Shown here piece by piece: positions 12,608 through 25,782 of a stretch of 64,000 nt of DNA. How positions within the stretch are numbered: the first letter of the stretch is position 1; the number at the start of each line of letters is the position of its first letter. A model generated the notes under the pieces. That model searched no databases. It was not told the DNA's origin and was given only the letters and a program-made list of their open reading frames with translations. A program made the translations under genes and the position numbers. Source of the stretch: Tubiluchus corallicola (Eukaryota > Animalia > Priapulida); assembly GCA_030141605.1 (NCBI GenBank), contig JAQGDQ010000001.1:2232001-2296000 (forward strand), in the 5' to 3' direction.

Positions 12608-13725
12608 TCTGTAAGCCACCGGAGAGAACACCGAAAATTGTTCGTTATCTGCTCAACTGCGGCTGAGTTCTAGATATCAATCGTGCTGCATTGTAAGAAC
12701 TAGAAAGTTTTTTTATTGCCCAATTTAATTTTTAATAACAATAACCTTTTACGAAAAATCTTCCAAGAAAAACTTCTCTTTCCGCTTAATCTATATTACA
12801 TCACATTTAATTACCCATTAAATTTCGGTTTTTCAGTTCAGCGTGAAAAATTACAGCAACAAATCTCGCCATATTGTCCAATCGCCATACTGTATCAATC
12901 GCACCTGTCACAGCTGCTGCAATCGCCATTATGACGCCACAGCTACTCCAGTAACCTTCCCATGGAACACATGTTTTAGGAACTATGGTAAAGATCACCA
13001 CAGACAAGAAAACCTGGATCTACAAAAATATGAAGGGTGACAGCAAAGTGATTACTCCAAGTAAACTGTTATCGTCCAGAATCAATAACGAATGCAAATT
13101 TGCATTATAATTACGATGGTATCACCAAGATAGGTGCATTTACACATTTGGTGGCAGCAAAAGATGATTTACTTTCTTTATTTACACTTCACATGGTAAT
13201 TTCAGTATTTTTTCGGTATATAAAAATGAGTTTACATGGTTGTAGCAGCAGGTATCTATGAGCATCAACTGGAGTGCAGGGTTTATCCAAATCAGATCCA
13301 ACCTGATTACCAAAGCACTGCAGTTTGTCAAAATGCGTAATTAAAGCACAAATTCAGTTTCAGTAAAATGAAAGAAGGACTGGCCAAGTCTAAATTCAGT
13401 TTACAGAAGAAATTGTATGTATTATTTTATGCACAAAACAAAACAAAAATATTCCATTTTTACATAAATTTTAATATATATTAATATAACTTATTTAACT
13501 CATAGTACACACTTAACAGCAATTTACATGAAACAAAACTATGCCTACTCTCACCCTTGAAAAAGTGCCAAAGCCTTTACATAACAGATTTTAGAAAAAT
13601 ACTCAAAAAGATGAGCATTTTACTATTGTTGAAGAAGAAATCGGACCAGATCAATTTATAATTTAGCTTACAAAATATCAAATAAGCTTTTACAGTTTTG
13701 CTACTTTTATGCACATTATGTTGAG

Positions 13726-16700
13726 CTAGTTCGCATTAACAGGAAGTGGCCTTTCAGGAATAAGCGATGATACGAATGTGCTAAGGAATGTCCACATGGT
13801 TTGGATAGGAGATGGGGTTCCTGGCTCTGCTTCCCGCTCAGTGTCTGGCTGTGGCTCATTATCAGATAAAACATTTTGTTCTTCTGGAACCTGTATAAAG
13901 ATATATAACCATAACAGAAACCTTTTTTATCACAACGATGAGAAAACACACAGTTAATTGGATGCTAATAAAAGAGTTGTTTAAAAAAGGTCCTCAATAT
14001 AATTCAATTATTGGACTTTCAATGCGGCATTAGTAATTTCAGCTGACTGCCTACTGCATCCAGGAGCATGTCATAAGAGGTACTTATGCAATCACTAATG
14101 AACAAGCAATATACAGATTGTAGATGGCTTGAAGATCTGACTTTCTGCTCAGTAAACTACAAGATACTATAGTTACTAATGTGAAAAACTAAACTCGCAA
14201 CAATATGCTTTTTACACAAATTCATGTACGTACTTGAGGTTGTTGCGCTGGCTGTTGTGGCTGCCTCTGTGGTGTGTTTCGTCTGTTATTGTTTGCATTT
14301 ACTCTTCGGGTAATGTTGAAAATACCTCGCTGATACCTGTAAACCAAATACATTTAAGGTAACATTAAAAGGTAATAGCAGAAAGCAACTAAATGCTATT
14401 TTAAATATGGATCAGTACTGAAATTCAGTGACTAACAGACAGAAATTTCAAAGAGTAGAATAATTGTATTAAATTATGCCTTTAAACAATAGCATATATA
14501 AATTGCATTGACTTTTCTTTATGATACCACACTGCAAACTTTCAACATACACCCAGTCACTAATCTTCAAATTATAGTGTAGCACTACCATGCAGCATCA
14601 TTTTGCTTGACCTAAGATTTTCTAGGTTCACAACAAAAGTAAAAAATTAAGCGTAACACGACACCTAGAAGCAAGTACTTACATGTAAAATATGAAGAAG
14701 CAACCTAGCACCACCAAAAATCTGCTGAATGACGAGTAAAAGTAAAGAATCGAAAATAAGATACTGATACGACAAAACATATAGATCCAGTCTAGCCAAT
14801 CATTCGCGTGTTCATCATCATCATCATCTAAAATGGCATTTCCCTACAAATTAGAAAAATGAAAGAAAAAAAATCAGAGTTTTAGCACTACAAAGCACTT
14901 AACAGAACAGAATTATAAATAAAAATTAGAATGTGCAACCAGCAAAAGATTACTATTATAGCAATATTCATTGTCACAATGCATTTTTAGATTACACACA
15001 ACATACTTTTTTATTTCAGCAATTCCTTATTAATAACATATCGTTATTAATTTTCGGCTCTTATTGTTATTCCACAAAACTTACAATGGCAAGTTTAAAT
15101 ATTAGACATCTATATTTCTTCATAAATTTGCAAGTGGTACCTTCAGTTATTGACTTACGTAATTAATGACCAAACCCCTACACTACTTTGCAGCAATATT
15201 CAGAGATTTAAGTACAGTAGGCGCCGCTTAATAGACTCACTTGGGGACCCAAGTGTTTTGAACCAATTAATCGACTGAACCTATTAACTGATGGGTGTAG
15301 TATTTCAGGTAGAGTATGAGTCATCAAAGGTTTTTAATGAATTTTAGAAATAAAGTTAATGCCTAAATTCCTTTGTGCAGTTAAAAATTAGAAAAAATAT
15401 TTTAAAAGAATAATTTATATAAGTGAATTAGCAATAAATTAAAAAAGTAAACTTTTCGAAATCACAGACTTTTCTAAGTCTGTTTATTTACAAAAATCAA
15501 CACAATTCCTTCAAAGTCGGCTGCTTCATTTTCTCGCGAAGAAGATGTCCCACAAAGTTCTCGTAATTATATAAAACGTTGAAAATCTGTTGTTGTTGTT
15601 GTTCTGAATCATCTGCTCACTTACATTGCCCTTATTTGCTGCACGATGTTTACTCTTGTAAGTCACAAGGAATACCGGCTGATTAGTATACTGTATCTTT
15701 GATTGTTAACTTTTTAAACCTGAAAGCGTGATTTGCAACAAGAGCATCAAAAGGAAACCACTAAGCAAGTGATTAAATGCTTAGCTTCCAGAAATTCTTT
15801 GGGTAAGAGTGGGGGAGTGGGTAACAGATTCAAAGCAAAAGCGCTACGCTAGCGTATTACTGCATGATAAACGAACCTGCTCATAAACAAAACGGTACTT
15901 AGCATGATTGTTTCTGCATACATGGTGCACAAAAGGGAAGTAAAGATGACATAAAAGTAGGAAAGTTTCTTTAGGCACATACAAATATCTTATTTTAAGT
16001 AGGTGAAGGAGAAATATTGAGTCAATTATGCGGAGTTCTTTGAGTCAATTACTGATGTATATTTATGTATATTTGATGTATTTATGTATATTTGAATAGA
16101 AACGGTCCATTCCAGGCATTTTTGAGTCAATTAAGCGATTGAGTCTATTAACCGTGAATTTATTAAGCGGCGCCTACTGTATAATTGCAGAATAGTTACA
16201 AATACAAATTTTGCAGTTGCAAAAGCATTTGGCCTTTGGCCTGAATAAAAAGTATTTTGCAAGATAGATTTTGCACGCACGCACATATTTATGTATGTAC
16301 ATACACAGGGGTCAATAATAACAAGATAATTAAACTGCAATTGGTGAGCAGAGATAAACATGGCACATGATTCATGCTTTATGAAAGGACTGTTCTTTTT
16401 GTTGTTCTTTTTTCATGTTGAGTATTTAGACAGTATAAACTAACAAATAGGTTTTGTTGCAAAAATATATTTTATGGTGATCTTGAGATAACCTTCAAGA
16501 TAATAAAAATGTCAGCAGTAAGAACAGCTCGTCTTGTTTTTATTTAATGTCACTTGGTAAGTTGACATTTCTGTTATGTTTGCTAACCCCTAGCCAAAAA
16601 TTCTGACAAATTGCCAAAGTTTTTCTGCAGCAATGAGACATGCTAATTTGTCAGATATTCCACTGTATAAGCTAACTGCTGCAACAACTTTTGTTTCAGG

Positions 16701-19700
16701 TACTTTCTGCTAACCTTCAAATATCCTTTTTGAAGCACAATGTATTGCTTATAGCCTGCTTTCATCTGAAACTTATCACTCAGTTCTGGTATTCATGATG
16801 GAAAATTCACACCAGAGTAAATTTGACATATCGCACAAACAAAGGATACAATTAACAGGACACACATTTAGCAGCAAAAAATTAGATATAAATTTAGTTT
16901 TGAACTATTTGTTATTTATTAAATTATATTGTGGGTATCTTGCAAACTAGATATCATAAAACAGGGAATAAAATCATCAACATAAAAACAGTGTGCCCAA
17001 TTATATACATTCAACTAATACCTGTGCATTCATTCTAACATTCTGTTGCTCCACATTATTTGCAGGTTGATCTGGTTCTCGTGCTGCATCATATGTGGCA
17101 GGACCTGACAAACCACTTACAGGAGTGTGACCGACTGATGGCGGCAATGGATAACCCATTTGGGCACTAGAATGAAGAAGTGTTTCACATAAACTGGTAG
17201 ATAATGATCATTATTAGCCATTACAAAATGAAAAGAACAAAACTAAAAGCTCCTGCTAGGTAAAAAATCCAAACTATAGTATGAATTCATAAGAGGTTAA
17301 AGAATTAACATCTTCAAAAAAGGAACTGGAGCATTTGATACGGCAGTTTTTAATCAATTTTTTTCTCATTTGATATACTTCTGTGTGTCAAACGTTTGAT
17401 GTACTAATTTTTTTATATCAGGTTTTAATCATCTCAAAATTTGCCAAAAATGACTTGTTTAAAAGTTTCAATACTTTATTAAAAAAGATAACAAGTATCA
17501 TTAATGTCTTCTATTATCTTCCTGAATAATTTTCTGAAATATAGCAGATGTTATCAGAGAATCAGGAGAAAGTCATTGATATCATGGTGCAGTTAAACTA
17601 AAGACAAAACAAAACAGTTACTGTAACAAACATATGTTTTTACATACTAAAACATGTATTGCTGCATGTATTGAGCATAAATCCATTGTTGTTGCTCTGG
17701 TGTTAAGCCCTCATAGATGTTGTATGGATACTGATGATTGTACTGAAATGCCATTGGAGACAATGGCGTGGTTGCATGTGATGTAGTGGCTGTAAAACGT
17801 TGTCGTAACCCACTAGGCAGCGATGAAGATGTGTCTGGTTCTTGTGCTGGTTGCTGAAATGTAAAAAAATAATATTAAGACATAAGCTCAAAAAAGTTGT
17901 GAGTTAGACTATGATTGTATCGATAATATTCTAGGAATATCGTTATCGTATAGAATTTGGCACGTATCGTTGCTTAACGCTTACCTTTATAAAATCATTT
18001 TACTTTGCTTTTCCATTTTATTTAGAGCAATTATGCAAAAAAGTGGATAAAAAGAATTATTTAGAAGTATAAGCTTGCAGACGCCGAATCAATTTCTTGT
18101 TCTTTCGCTTTCAATAATGGCTATCTTTATTCTGAATCATGGTGACGCAAAAATTTCAAATACACTGTACCGTATTTTTAGTGTTACCTTACATCATATG
18201 GCATTGCATAATATACATACACCACCTCACACGTGACTTACTCTCCTTCAGGGGTAACTGACTGTTTAGCAGAAATCATGGTTGAGAAACAGTATGGGGA
18301 ATTTATCAGAACCATTTTACTTTTATTAGTGAAGGTTCAAAAAGCCATTCGCCATGTGTAAGTACTGCAAACCAGCTCAACTACAATTTTGCCTAAACAT
18401 TTGAAAGAAATAAGTGCCAGTGATAATTACAGATGTAGTTGCCAAGTGATTCATTTAATTTACCTGACTTCTTAGTTCTTACTCTGCAAACAACAACGGC
18501 TGCTCTTGTGAAATTATACGTGTTTTATTTATGTAAGCACTTCGTATTTATGCAAAGTTCCTTCTGTGAGTCATAGAAATTTATCTAAGCAGAGATAAGT
18601 GATACTGAGAGCACATACTAATATAATTAGGTTTTATAAGTTACATGCTCACTGACTAACAGTGGCAGAGATGTGGATTCGTGAAGCTAGCTTTTATAGT
18701 AGTTGCCAATATATTTGTGGTGTGTGTAGTACCACCATCTTAATATGATTTAATTTACAAGTGTTGAAGGTGAACAGAGTGACAAAAATGTAACATAATT
18801 ATAATAAATATCATGCCTCTTTATAATACTTCATAACTAGCATCAATTTAAGTATACAGCACGCTGAAGCACTTAATAATTTTAATTATTAATGCTACTT
18901 TTCTGTTGTTGCATAAATTGTCTAACTTCAGTATACTTTTATTGCTAGAAATAATTTATCGTATCGTATCATCGACAAATAGATTATTGTTATCATATCG
19001 TATTGTTATTGTATCGCCAAATTGACATCCCTATCTTAGTTAGCATATTTATCAAAATACTTTGAAATCAAAGTTGATTCAACAATGTTTTGCTGAGTAG
19101 CACTGTTTGAAGAGAGAATGATTTTAAGCATTGGCAAAACCAAAAAACAATTGGCTTTCTTTACATATTAGCACATGTGTCTCTCAGGACTTTGAATTTT
19201 GAAACATGAATGTACGTGTAATAAATGTAGGATTATTAACTTATATCTTGTTCCCTAAAATAAAGTTTAGCCCAAGATTTCAGCAAGACTATACAGGAAA
19301 AGAATTCATCACTGAACTCATACATTAGCCCTAGGGCTTTAAGACTAAGATGAAGAGCATATTTTTGTTAAGATTTGAACAGAAAAAATAAGATATTGCA
19401 GTCAACCTAGTAACAGTTTCCAAACAGTAACTTGATTTTAGGCATATTGACTATCACTGATATTCCTTGACTGGGTCCAACATCAGTAAGCCTATAGTTT
19501 AAATGCAGTTAACATAATAATTATCAAAACAAGTCAAGATTATCAACAAAATATTTGTGACAATAAATACATCAATTGCAGTTGAACTTACATTTTTTGA
19601 TGATTCTCTTTCTTCTGATGCAGATGGAGCACAGACTAGATGAACAGCGTGGGTTCGAACTTCCTCATCGTACTAACAAACAGATAAATTAAAATTAATA

Positions 19701-22700
19701 ACCTATAGTTCAGAATTTCATTGTAGTTGTTTGAACATTATTTTGAAGATTACATTGACTATCACTAATTTACAATACAAATAGAATTTAAAAGACAGTT
19801 TCAGATATGTAACACAGTGTTATTGCTTCACACATCTTTACTTAGATAAAAAATGAATTTAAGTAACACTTATTTATTCATTATGATCAATTAATTCTCG
19901 TCATAATGCAAAATTCTGCAGAGAATACAATGCTAAATCACAAGGTATTACTGTTAATGCAGAATTAACATTCAAGCCCACAACACAAGTAAAAAACTAA
20001 AATATTGCTGTAAATATTGCTGAAAATTGCACTTGAAAACAACATGGTTAAAAACACTATACCCTGCCATGAAAGCATTATATACAGAATGTTAATTCTA
20101 GCAGCTTCACAATAAAGCATTATTACAAGTCATTGCAACTGCAATAGCAAAAATACTACATAACATGTTTCTAGGCATTTTATTAATTTTATTTATTCTT
20201 TTGAAATTATAGCTCTAGCTAAGATCAATTTTCACGCATCATATGGCACTATGAATATAATTATAAAGATTCAATTTTATAACTGATGTACATAGGAACT
20301 CGACTGTGTGGTATAGCTGGGTGTTTGCTTTCCACCCGACATCATGGGTTGAACCCCTGGTCAAGTCATACTAAAAACTTAAAAAATGGTACTGCTCATT
20401 CTTCGACCAAGCACGTGAGTTTACTGAAGTAACATGCAGATAATACTAATCGGGACAACCAGACATAAGTGTAGTATTACTTAAGGTGTTATCCCTGGAC
20501 TATGTCCTAAACGAAATTAATAATTTAGAACTAACATGCCTGTCTCAGAAAATCCTTTATTGTTAGGTGATCTGGAAGCAGCTGTCCTGAATAAATAAGC
20601 TTCTGTCGATTTGGGTGCTATAAAAGAATAATTATAACATTGCAAGTAAATCTTAATAATGAATCTTACAAGACACTAAATTAGAAGACTTGCCACAATA
20701 AATTTTATCTTGTTGAATAAACAAGTAATTTTTTAAAAATAAGTATTTAGTTACCATAAGTTAAACATTACAGAACTTTTACTTATTCATTTTGGCTTAC
20801 ACGGAAAGCATGCATACAACACTGCTGCACACACTTTTCCAATAAAGTGATCTATTAAAGCTAAAAACTATATCAATATCAGTACTTTATACAAATTTAA
20901 AATGGAAGGATACCCCGGAATTATCTTTTTTTACATTTTTTAATGCAATTTGGCACACTGCAAGCTGGATACTAGCGTTTTTATTGCAGTGCTTACTCAA
21001 AGTAAATAATCATGAGGAGTCCAGAGCTTGGCTCTTTATCAAACCTCTAAGATGAGCCATTGAACAGACAGCAAAATTTTTGTCATGTTTGGATAGCCTC
21101 CGTTTATGAAGTAAGCAGCCACAGGCCGAATTCCCTTATCCTGAATACAAATTCACGTACCCGTCTTAACGTTTTGCTAACAGTCACAAACACAGGTTAC
21201 AGGTGAGAGTCACGTAACAGTGTCTAGGTTCACGTACGCATATTTTAGGGAATCACTCCCAAACCTTGCATAAATGGATATCCATGTGCTGCATATCCCG
21301 GTTGCAGCGTTCACGAGACTATACATAACATTAGTAAGCATGGAGAATCCTGCACTTTAAATGCAGCACACAATTTCAAAAATAAATTTGTTGCCATCAG
21401 TTGTTTAAGGTCAAATTAATTTTGCTTCCACATTAATTGCATTTTAATTCACCATGTGCAAGCAAACTTTGCTGGTTTTCTTGGGTAGGTGTATCTTGTG
21501 TAACTTTGTAGTGCAGTAACAGCAATGTAACAGCCTTAAATTTATAATATTGTACTTTGTATTGTACTAATTTAATAATATTTTCGAAGTAGTGGCAGTA
21601 TAACAGCCTAGAAATTCTAGTATTGTTTGTATTGTACTAATGTGATAGATATTTCCTGAATAGAACTTCATTTTAAATATGTGTAGTGCACTTTATTGTG
21701 GAGTATTTATCTCTGATTTAAACAAAGAAAATCGCAAAAAAGAAAGCAGGAAAGCAGGACAGAGAGTAGAAACAGGGAAGAAAAAGGGAGAAAGAGATAT
21801 TATTATCTATCCTTAATACTTGTATTATCATGGTCAATTTAAACGAAAATCAGGTGACAAACTTTACTACCACCACCGTCACCGCCTCAGCCGCTTTGCA
21901 CAATGGAATATTTGGACCATGGTGGGAGAATTGGTGATGAAACCACATTGCACGATCAAGTGGCTATCGTAGGAGCAGAAATTGTGGATGACTATGTACA
22001 GGGTATTGTCATCACGTCAACACTGCCACCACCAGCAGCAGCTACAAGCACCAGCTATCACTACCATTTGTGTTACCAGGGCCGCTGCTGCTGCTTTACA
22101 TGAATTAGTAAAGTGCACCATCACTTTGCGAATAATGTGGAAGTCAAAACGACATGGTTTGCATCTCTATAATAGACTTACGAGTGCTCCAGACCCCTCG
22201 TAACTTCATGAACATTTCTCGGGCAATTTTGAGTTTCATGAATAGCACCTAAATTCTTAAGTGCATGTAACTTGCACTTGCTTAACTTTCTTCGTAAGTG
22301 CAGTAAGTGATTTACACCTAAATCACTTGCGTACGCAGTGCTCAAGTGCACTTTGCTTTATCAGCGATACATGAATGGCAATTCTTTAAGCACACATAAA
22401 TCGTTTGTACACCCAAAGCGTGTGTTAAACACGATATGTGAATCTGGGCCAAGAATCTGAAAGGAGGATAAAACTGCCAAAATAGAGTTTAGAGGAAGTC
22501 AGCTATCCATGCACTTGACCAGCATCGATGTTTTGTAACTGTGGCCATGAAGTACACATGCAAAACCCTTTGTTATTTACCCTGTCAAAAGCAAATACAA
22601 TAAACTCCAATAATTCGAGTAGCTGGGGGCTAAAGAAATTGTCCGAGTTGTGTGATGCCACAATAAACCGAGTTCAGCGAAAACGCACATGCCGGCATTC

Positions 22701-25164
22701 AACTCTTGTGGATGCACTGTGTAATTGTTTGTAGCAATTTATTTAAATGGGAGCCTAATTCATGAACAAATGTGCAGGCTGCTGCTGCTGCTCCTCAACT
22801 GTATGCTTTCAGTTGAATACTGTCAGTTGAAGGTTTTCACAAAAAAAGGAAAGAATTGTTGCTTCTTAAATGTTAGACAAAGCTCCCAATGTTACCGAAA
22901 TGGAATACAGCAAATGACCAAATCAAACCAAATGAAGTTAGTCCATGCATTCACAAAATCTTGCATGTATTTTTTGGATTTTTTGCTCACAAGTATGTTT
23001 AACGACAAAAAATGATAAATTTGTGGTCAATCTTAGCAATGCAACTAATACAGCAGCCCCGATACACTAGTAGAACATAACTATGCTATATTCGGAAAAC
23101 ATTCATCTTTAATCTCCAGTGCAATATGCAGATGATATTGCATATGTTACAACTAATATAGAGGAACTACAAGATGCAAAATGTACATTCAAATGGCGTT
23201 TAGAAAAATATAATCTTCAAGTAAACAGTACAAAAACTGAAGAATACCATATTCGAAAAGGAGGTAAAGATTCATAGAAAAAATGTCAATACCTGCGTAG
23301 TTTATTAGACAATGAAGCCGACATACAAAGAAGGAAGATTCTTGCACTGTTTGCTTATTCAGATCTCACAACGGTTTTTGAAACCAATAGACTTTCTCTT
23401 GAAGTCCAAGATCCTTTCAGCTTCAGCTTCAGTATGGACAATAAAAGTTAAGCAGCAGAAGGAAATTGACGCTTTTCAAAGATGTCTGTATAGAAAACTA
23501 CTCGATGCAAAATGGTCTGACGCAATATCCAGTGACAATCTGTACAATGTCGTCAAGAAGAAGCCTTGGAGTAAACAAATAAAAGTAAGAAGATTGCATT
23601 GGATTGGGCATGCACTAAGATTACCTCAAGAATCTCCTCTTCCTATAGCATTCCGTAAAGCTCTTGGAATGACAAAAAATCCGAAAGGAGGTCAGCTACT
23701 GACGTATATAGATTTATTGCAAAAAAATCTGGCAAATACAACTCTAGATTTGAGGGATGATGCATCATGGGCGGTGGCAGCGGACAGAAATATGTGGCAT
23801 CAACAGGTGGGACGTGTTTTCTTAAAACGTGGCAGCACCGAAACGAGAATGCAGCCACTAAAAAGCTTTACATTCGAGTCTACAGCAGCTGCTACAGATC
23901 CAGATGTACAGTGTATAAATACTCATAAGGTTCATACTTTATTGTAGAAGCACAGCTTAATGCTATTGTTTGCTGTCTGCCTGGCATGGAGGCACCTCTA
24001 AATGACTTCACAATCATGATGTTCAGTGCAAAATTAATATGGCACAAATGGAAAAGTTTAAAGCGTTATTTTTTAACATTCACTAACTTCTCCCATAGCA
24101 ATAGTGACTTTAAAGACAGCAAAAGGTACGCGAATGTTAATTTCACAATTAGGATCACATTCCCCTTTAAGATATAGATAAACAAATCCATTATACCGAA
24201 TCTGTTTGAGATGAACGATATTCCGAATTGCACGGAACAGAATTATGCAGAGTCAACTGTATATCAGTAATATTTAGTAAATATTTCAATAACAGTAAAT
24301 AGAATATTGGAATACATTATTATGCCATTTATCATGTCGACTGCAAGCTGGTATTCAGTTCTCATCAAAATGACCTACTTGTTATACTGAAGGCAGAAGT
24401 GGACTGGAATCTACCTTACCTACAGAGGGGTCTATTAGCAACATGCAAATGCATACATAACTCCATATACATAGAACAAGAAAAATAGCCAGAGGCAGTA
24501 AACAGATGAATTATCCAAGAAGCAATTTCTGCACTCATCTATGTGCATGTACTAACCAGGCAAGAGTTGCTTAACTTCGATCTCTGAGCACACGACCTTT
24601 CCCACTTTGCTATTTGCCTACTCATTATAGTAAACTGCCCTAGTGCCCCGTTAATAAAGTAACAACTCATCAACATCTGAAAAAGAGCAGAAATACATAA
24701 TACATTACGTATTTCATTATACATTAGATATACATTGTCCATGCATCTATTTCTACGTATTTCATCTTCAATAATCAATATCTACATTTTTTCCTATATA
24801 CCATTTCTTCTTCCTGAAGACTCTTTACTAGTGGTAACTGTGGCCAAAGGTTTATTTGTCTCTTTGACAAGAATAACAGTATGGTTATAAAAATTACATA
24901 CTACGACGAAGACTTTACCACAGTTTAAAGTAAAGTTTAAGTTAATGGGGAGTTCAATATTCTTTTTTACCATTGATTTTCCCACCAATAAATACACAAT
25001 GTACAGTTACATACTGGATTGCCATGATAAACTTCTTGCAAATGTTCTTTTAATTGCTTTACAGTCCAGCTGGTGTCACAAGTTACAGGTGTGTCTGGTA
25101 TCTTCTGATTGGGGGCTTTGATTGTGAGGGAAACTGCAATGAGCATTTCTTTATCTTCAGACAT
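13726..25164 (-). CDS. HERPUD: Homocysteine-responsive ER-resident ubiquitin-like domain protein (Herp, HERPUD1/2 family), complete, 362 aa
   Basis: Exons 25164-25015, 20617-20540, 19672-19592, 17853-17648, 17166-17022, 14843-14683, 14336-14234 and 13890-13726 give a 1089-nt open frame. Motifs: UBL domain (LTIKAPNQK..WTVKQLKEHL..QKLIYSGQLL..HAVHLVC), GLRQR, RMNAQG..NDWLDW..LYFYSSFSRF transmembrane region, C-terminal WTFLSTFVSSLIPE. A probable non-coding first exon ends at 25677 (GTGAGT donor). Confidence 0.95.
15215..16179. mobile_element. pogo/Tigger-like MITE in a HERPUD intron
   Basis: Perfect 19-bp TIR CAGTAGGCGCCGCTTAATA (26 bp with 2 mismatches), TA on both flanks, subterminal GAGTCAATTA repeats. 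Confidence 0.9.
17905..19033 (+). mobile_element. Degenerate hAT-like non-autonomous element with BED zinc-finger relic
   Basis: Right end ...ACATCCCTA (TAGGGATGT terminus) and ATCGT-rich subterminal arrays at both ends. The interior at about 18290-18410 reads VW..HFTF..FAMCKYCK/STTILPKHLK (BED finger, frameshifted). No clean TSD. Confidence 0.55.
20301..20520 (+). mobile_element. Degenerate tRNA-derived SINE
   Basis: A-box-like TGGTATAGCTGG and B-box-like GGTTGAACCC (20347-20356). These are followed by GTCATACTAAAAACTTAAAAAATGGTAC, which resembles the conserved Meta/MESC central SINE domain (from recall). Confidence 0.5.
23050..23850 (+). mobile_element. Non-LTR retrotransposon (RTE/RTEX-like) 3' fragment, reverse transcriptase C-terminus, inactivated
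   Basis: YADD at 23125-23136, then LEKYNLQVNSTKTE and CQYLRSLLD..DIQRRK. ORF 23312-23947 has IDAFQRCLYRKLL..W..ISSDNLY..WSKQIKVRRLHWIGHALRLP..AADRNMW. Stops and frameshifts are present. Confidence 0.88.
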
Positions 25165-25739
25165 TGGGATGGGTACCTGTAAAACATCATTAACAAAAAC
25201 TGTAAAAGCTTCTTGCATGAAGTCAACAACAGCTAACTAAACCTTTCTTGAACATGGCTGTTTGATGCTGTGTGTGGACAAAGCTCATCATCTGATATCG
25301 GACAATAGAATCTGGTACTAAACCTTTTACATATTAATACTAAGTAAGACTACTCTTTACCACTTTGTATTTAAGATGTAATATAATAGACAAGTCTCAA
25401 ATATAACTGACTAAAATCACCTTAAACAGTATGAAATACCGAATAACATTTGTACTTTTTCACAATTAATTAATATTAACTAAATTTTGCAAACCCACCA
25501 CTTTTGTCCAACCAACCAACCAATAATAGTTTTTGTGCTTTTAGTTTTACGTCCACAGGAAAGCAATCAATGCTCTATCTGCGTTCTAACTTATCCAAGT
25601 ATAAATACTGCTCATAATCATATTTACAATTTAAGCTTTTAATTTTATGACATTTGTAAACCTAAACTCTACTCACCGATGGTGCCAAATGAATAATTTC
25701 TGATCAGTCGTTTCACATCAACAAATAAATTTGTAAAGT

Positions 25740-25782
25740 ACACGTCAGCTTTAATTTACTGCGAATTACTGTTGTTGCGTCA
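25740..25782 (-). promoter_or_regulatory. Candidate UPR/ISR elements at the HERPUD 5' end
   Basis: On the minus strand, TGACGCAA (25782-25775, C/EBP-ATF-like) and TGACGTGT (25747-25740, UPRE/XBP1-like) lie 63-105 nt upstream of the first splice donor. Confidence 0.55.

Noticed and set aside
20895-24172. Large Kolobok-like element enclosing the LINE fragment, with possible THAP and Myb/SANT relics
   Set aside because: The right end CCCCTTTAA is suggestive, but the left TIR match and the protein motifs are too weak to support.
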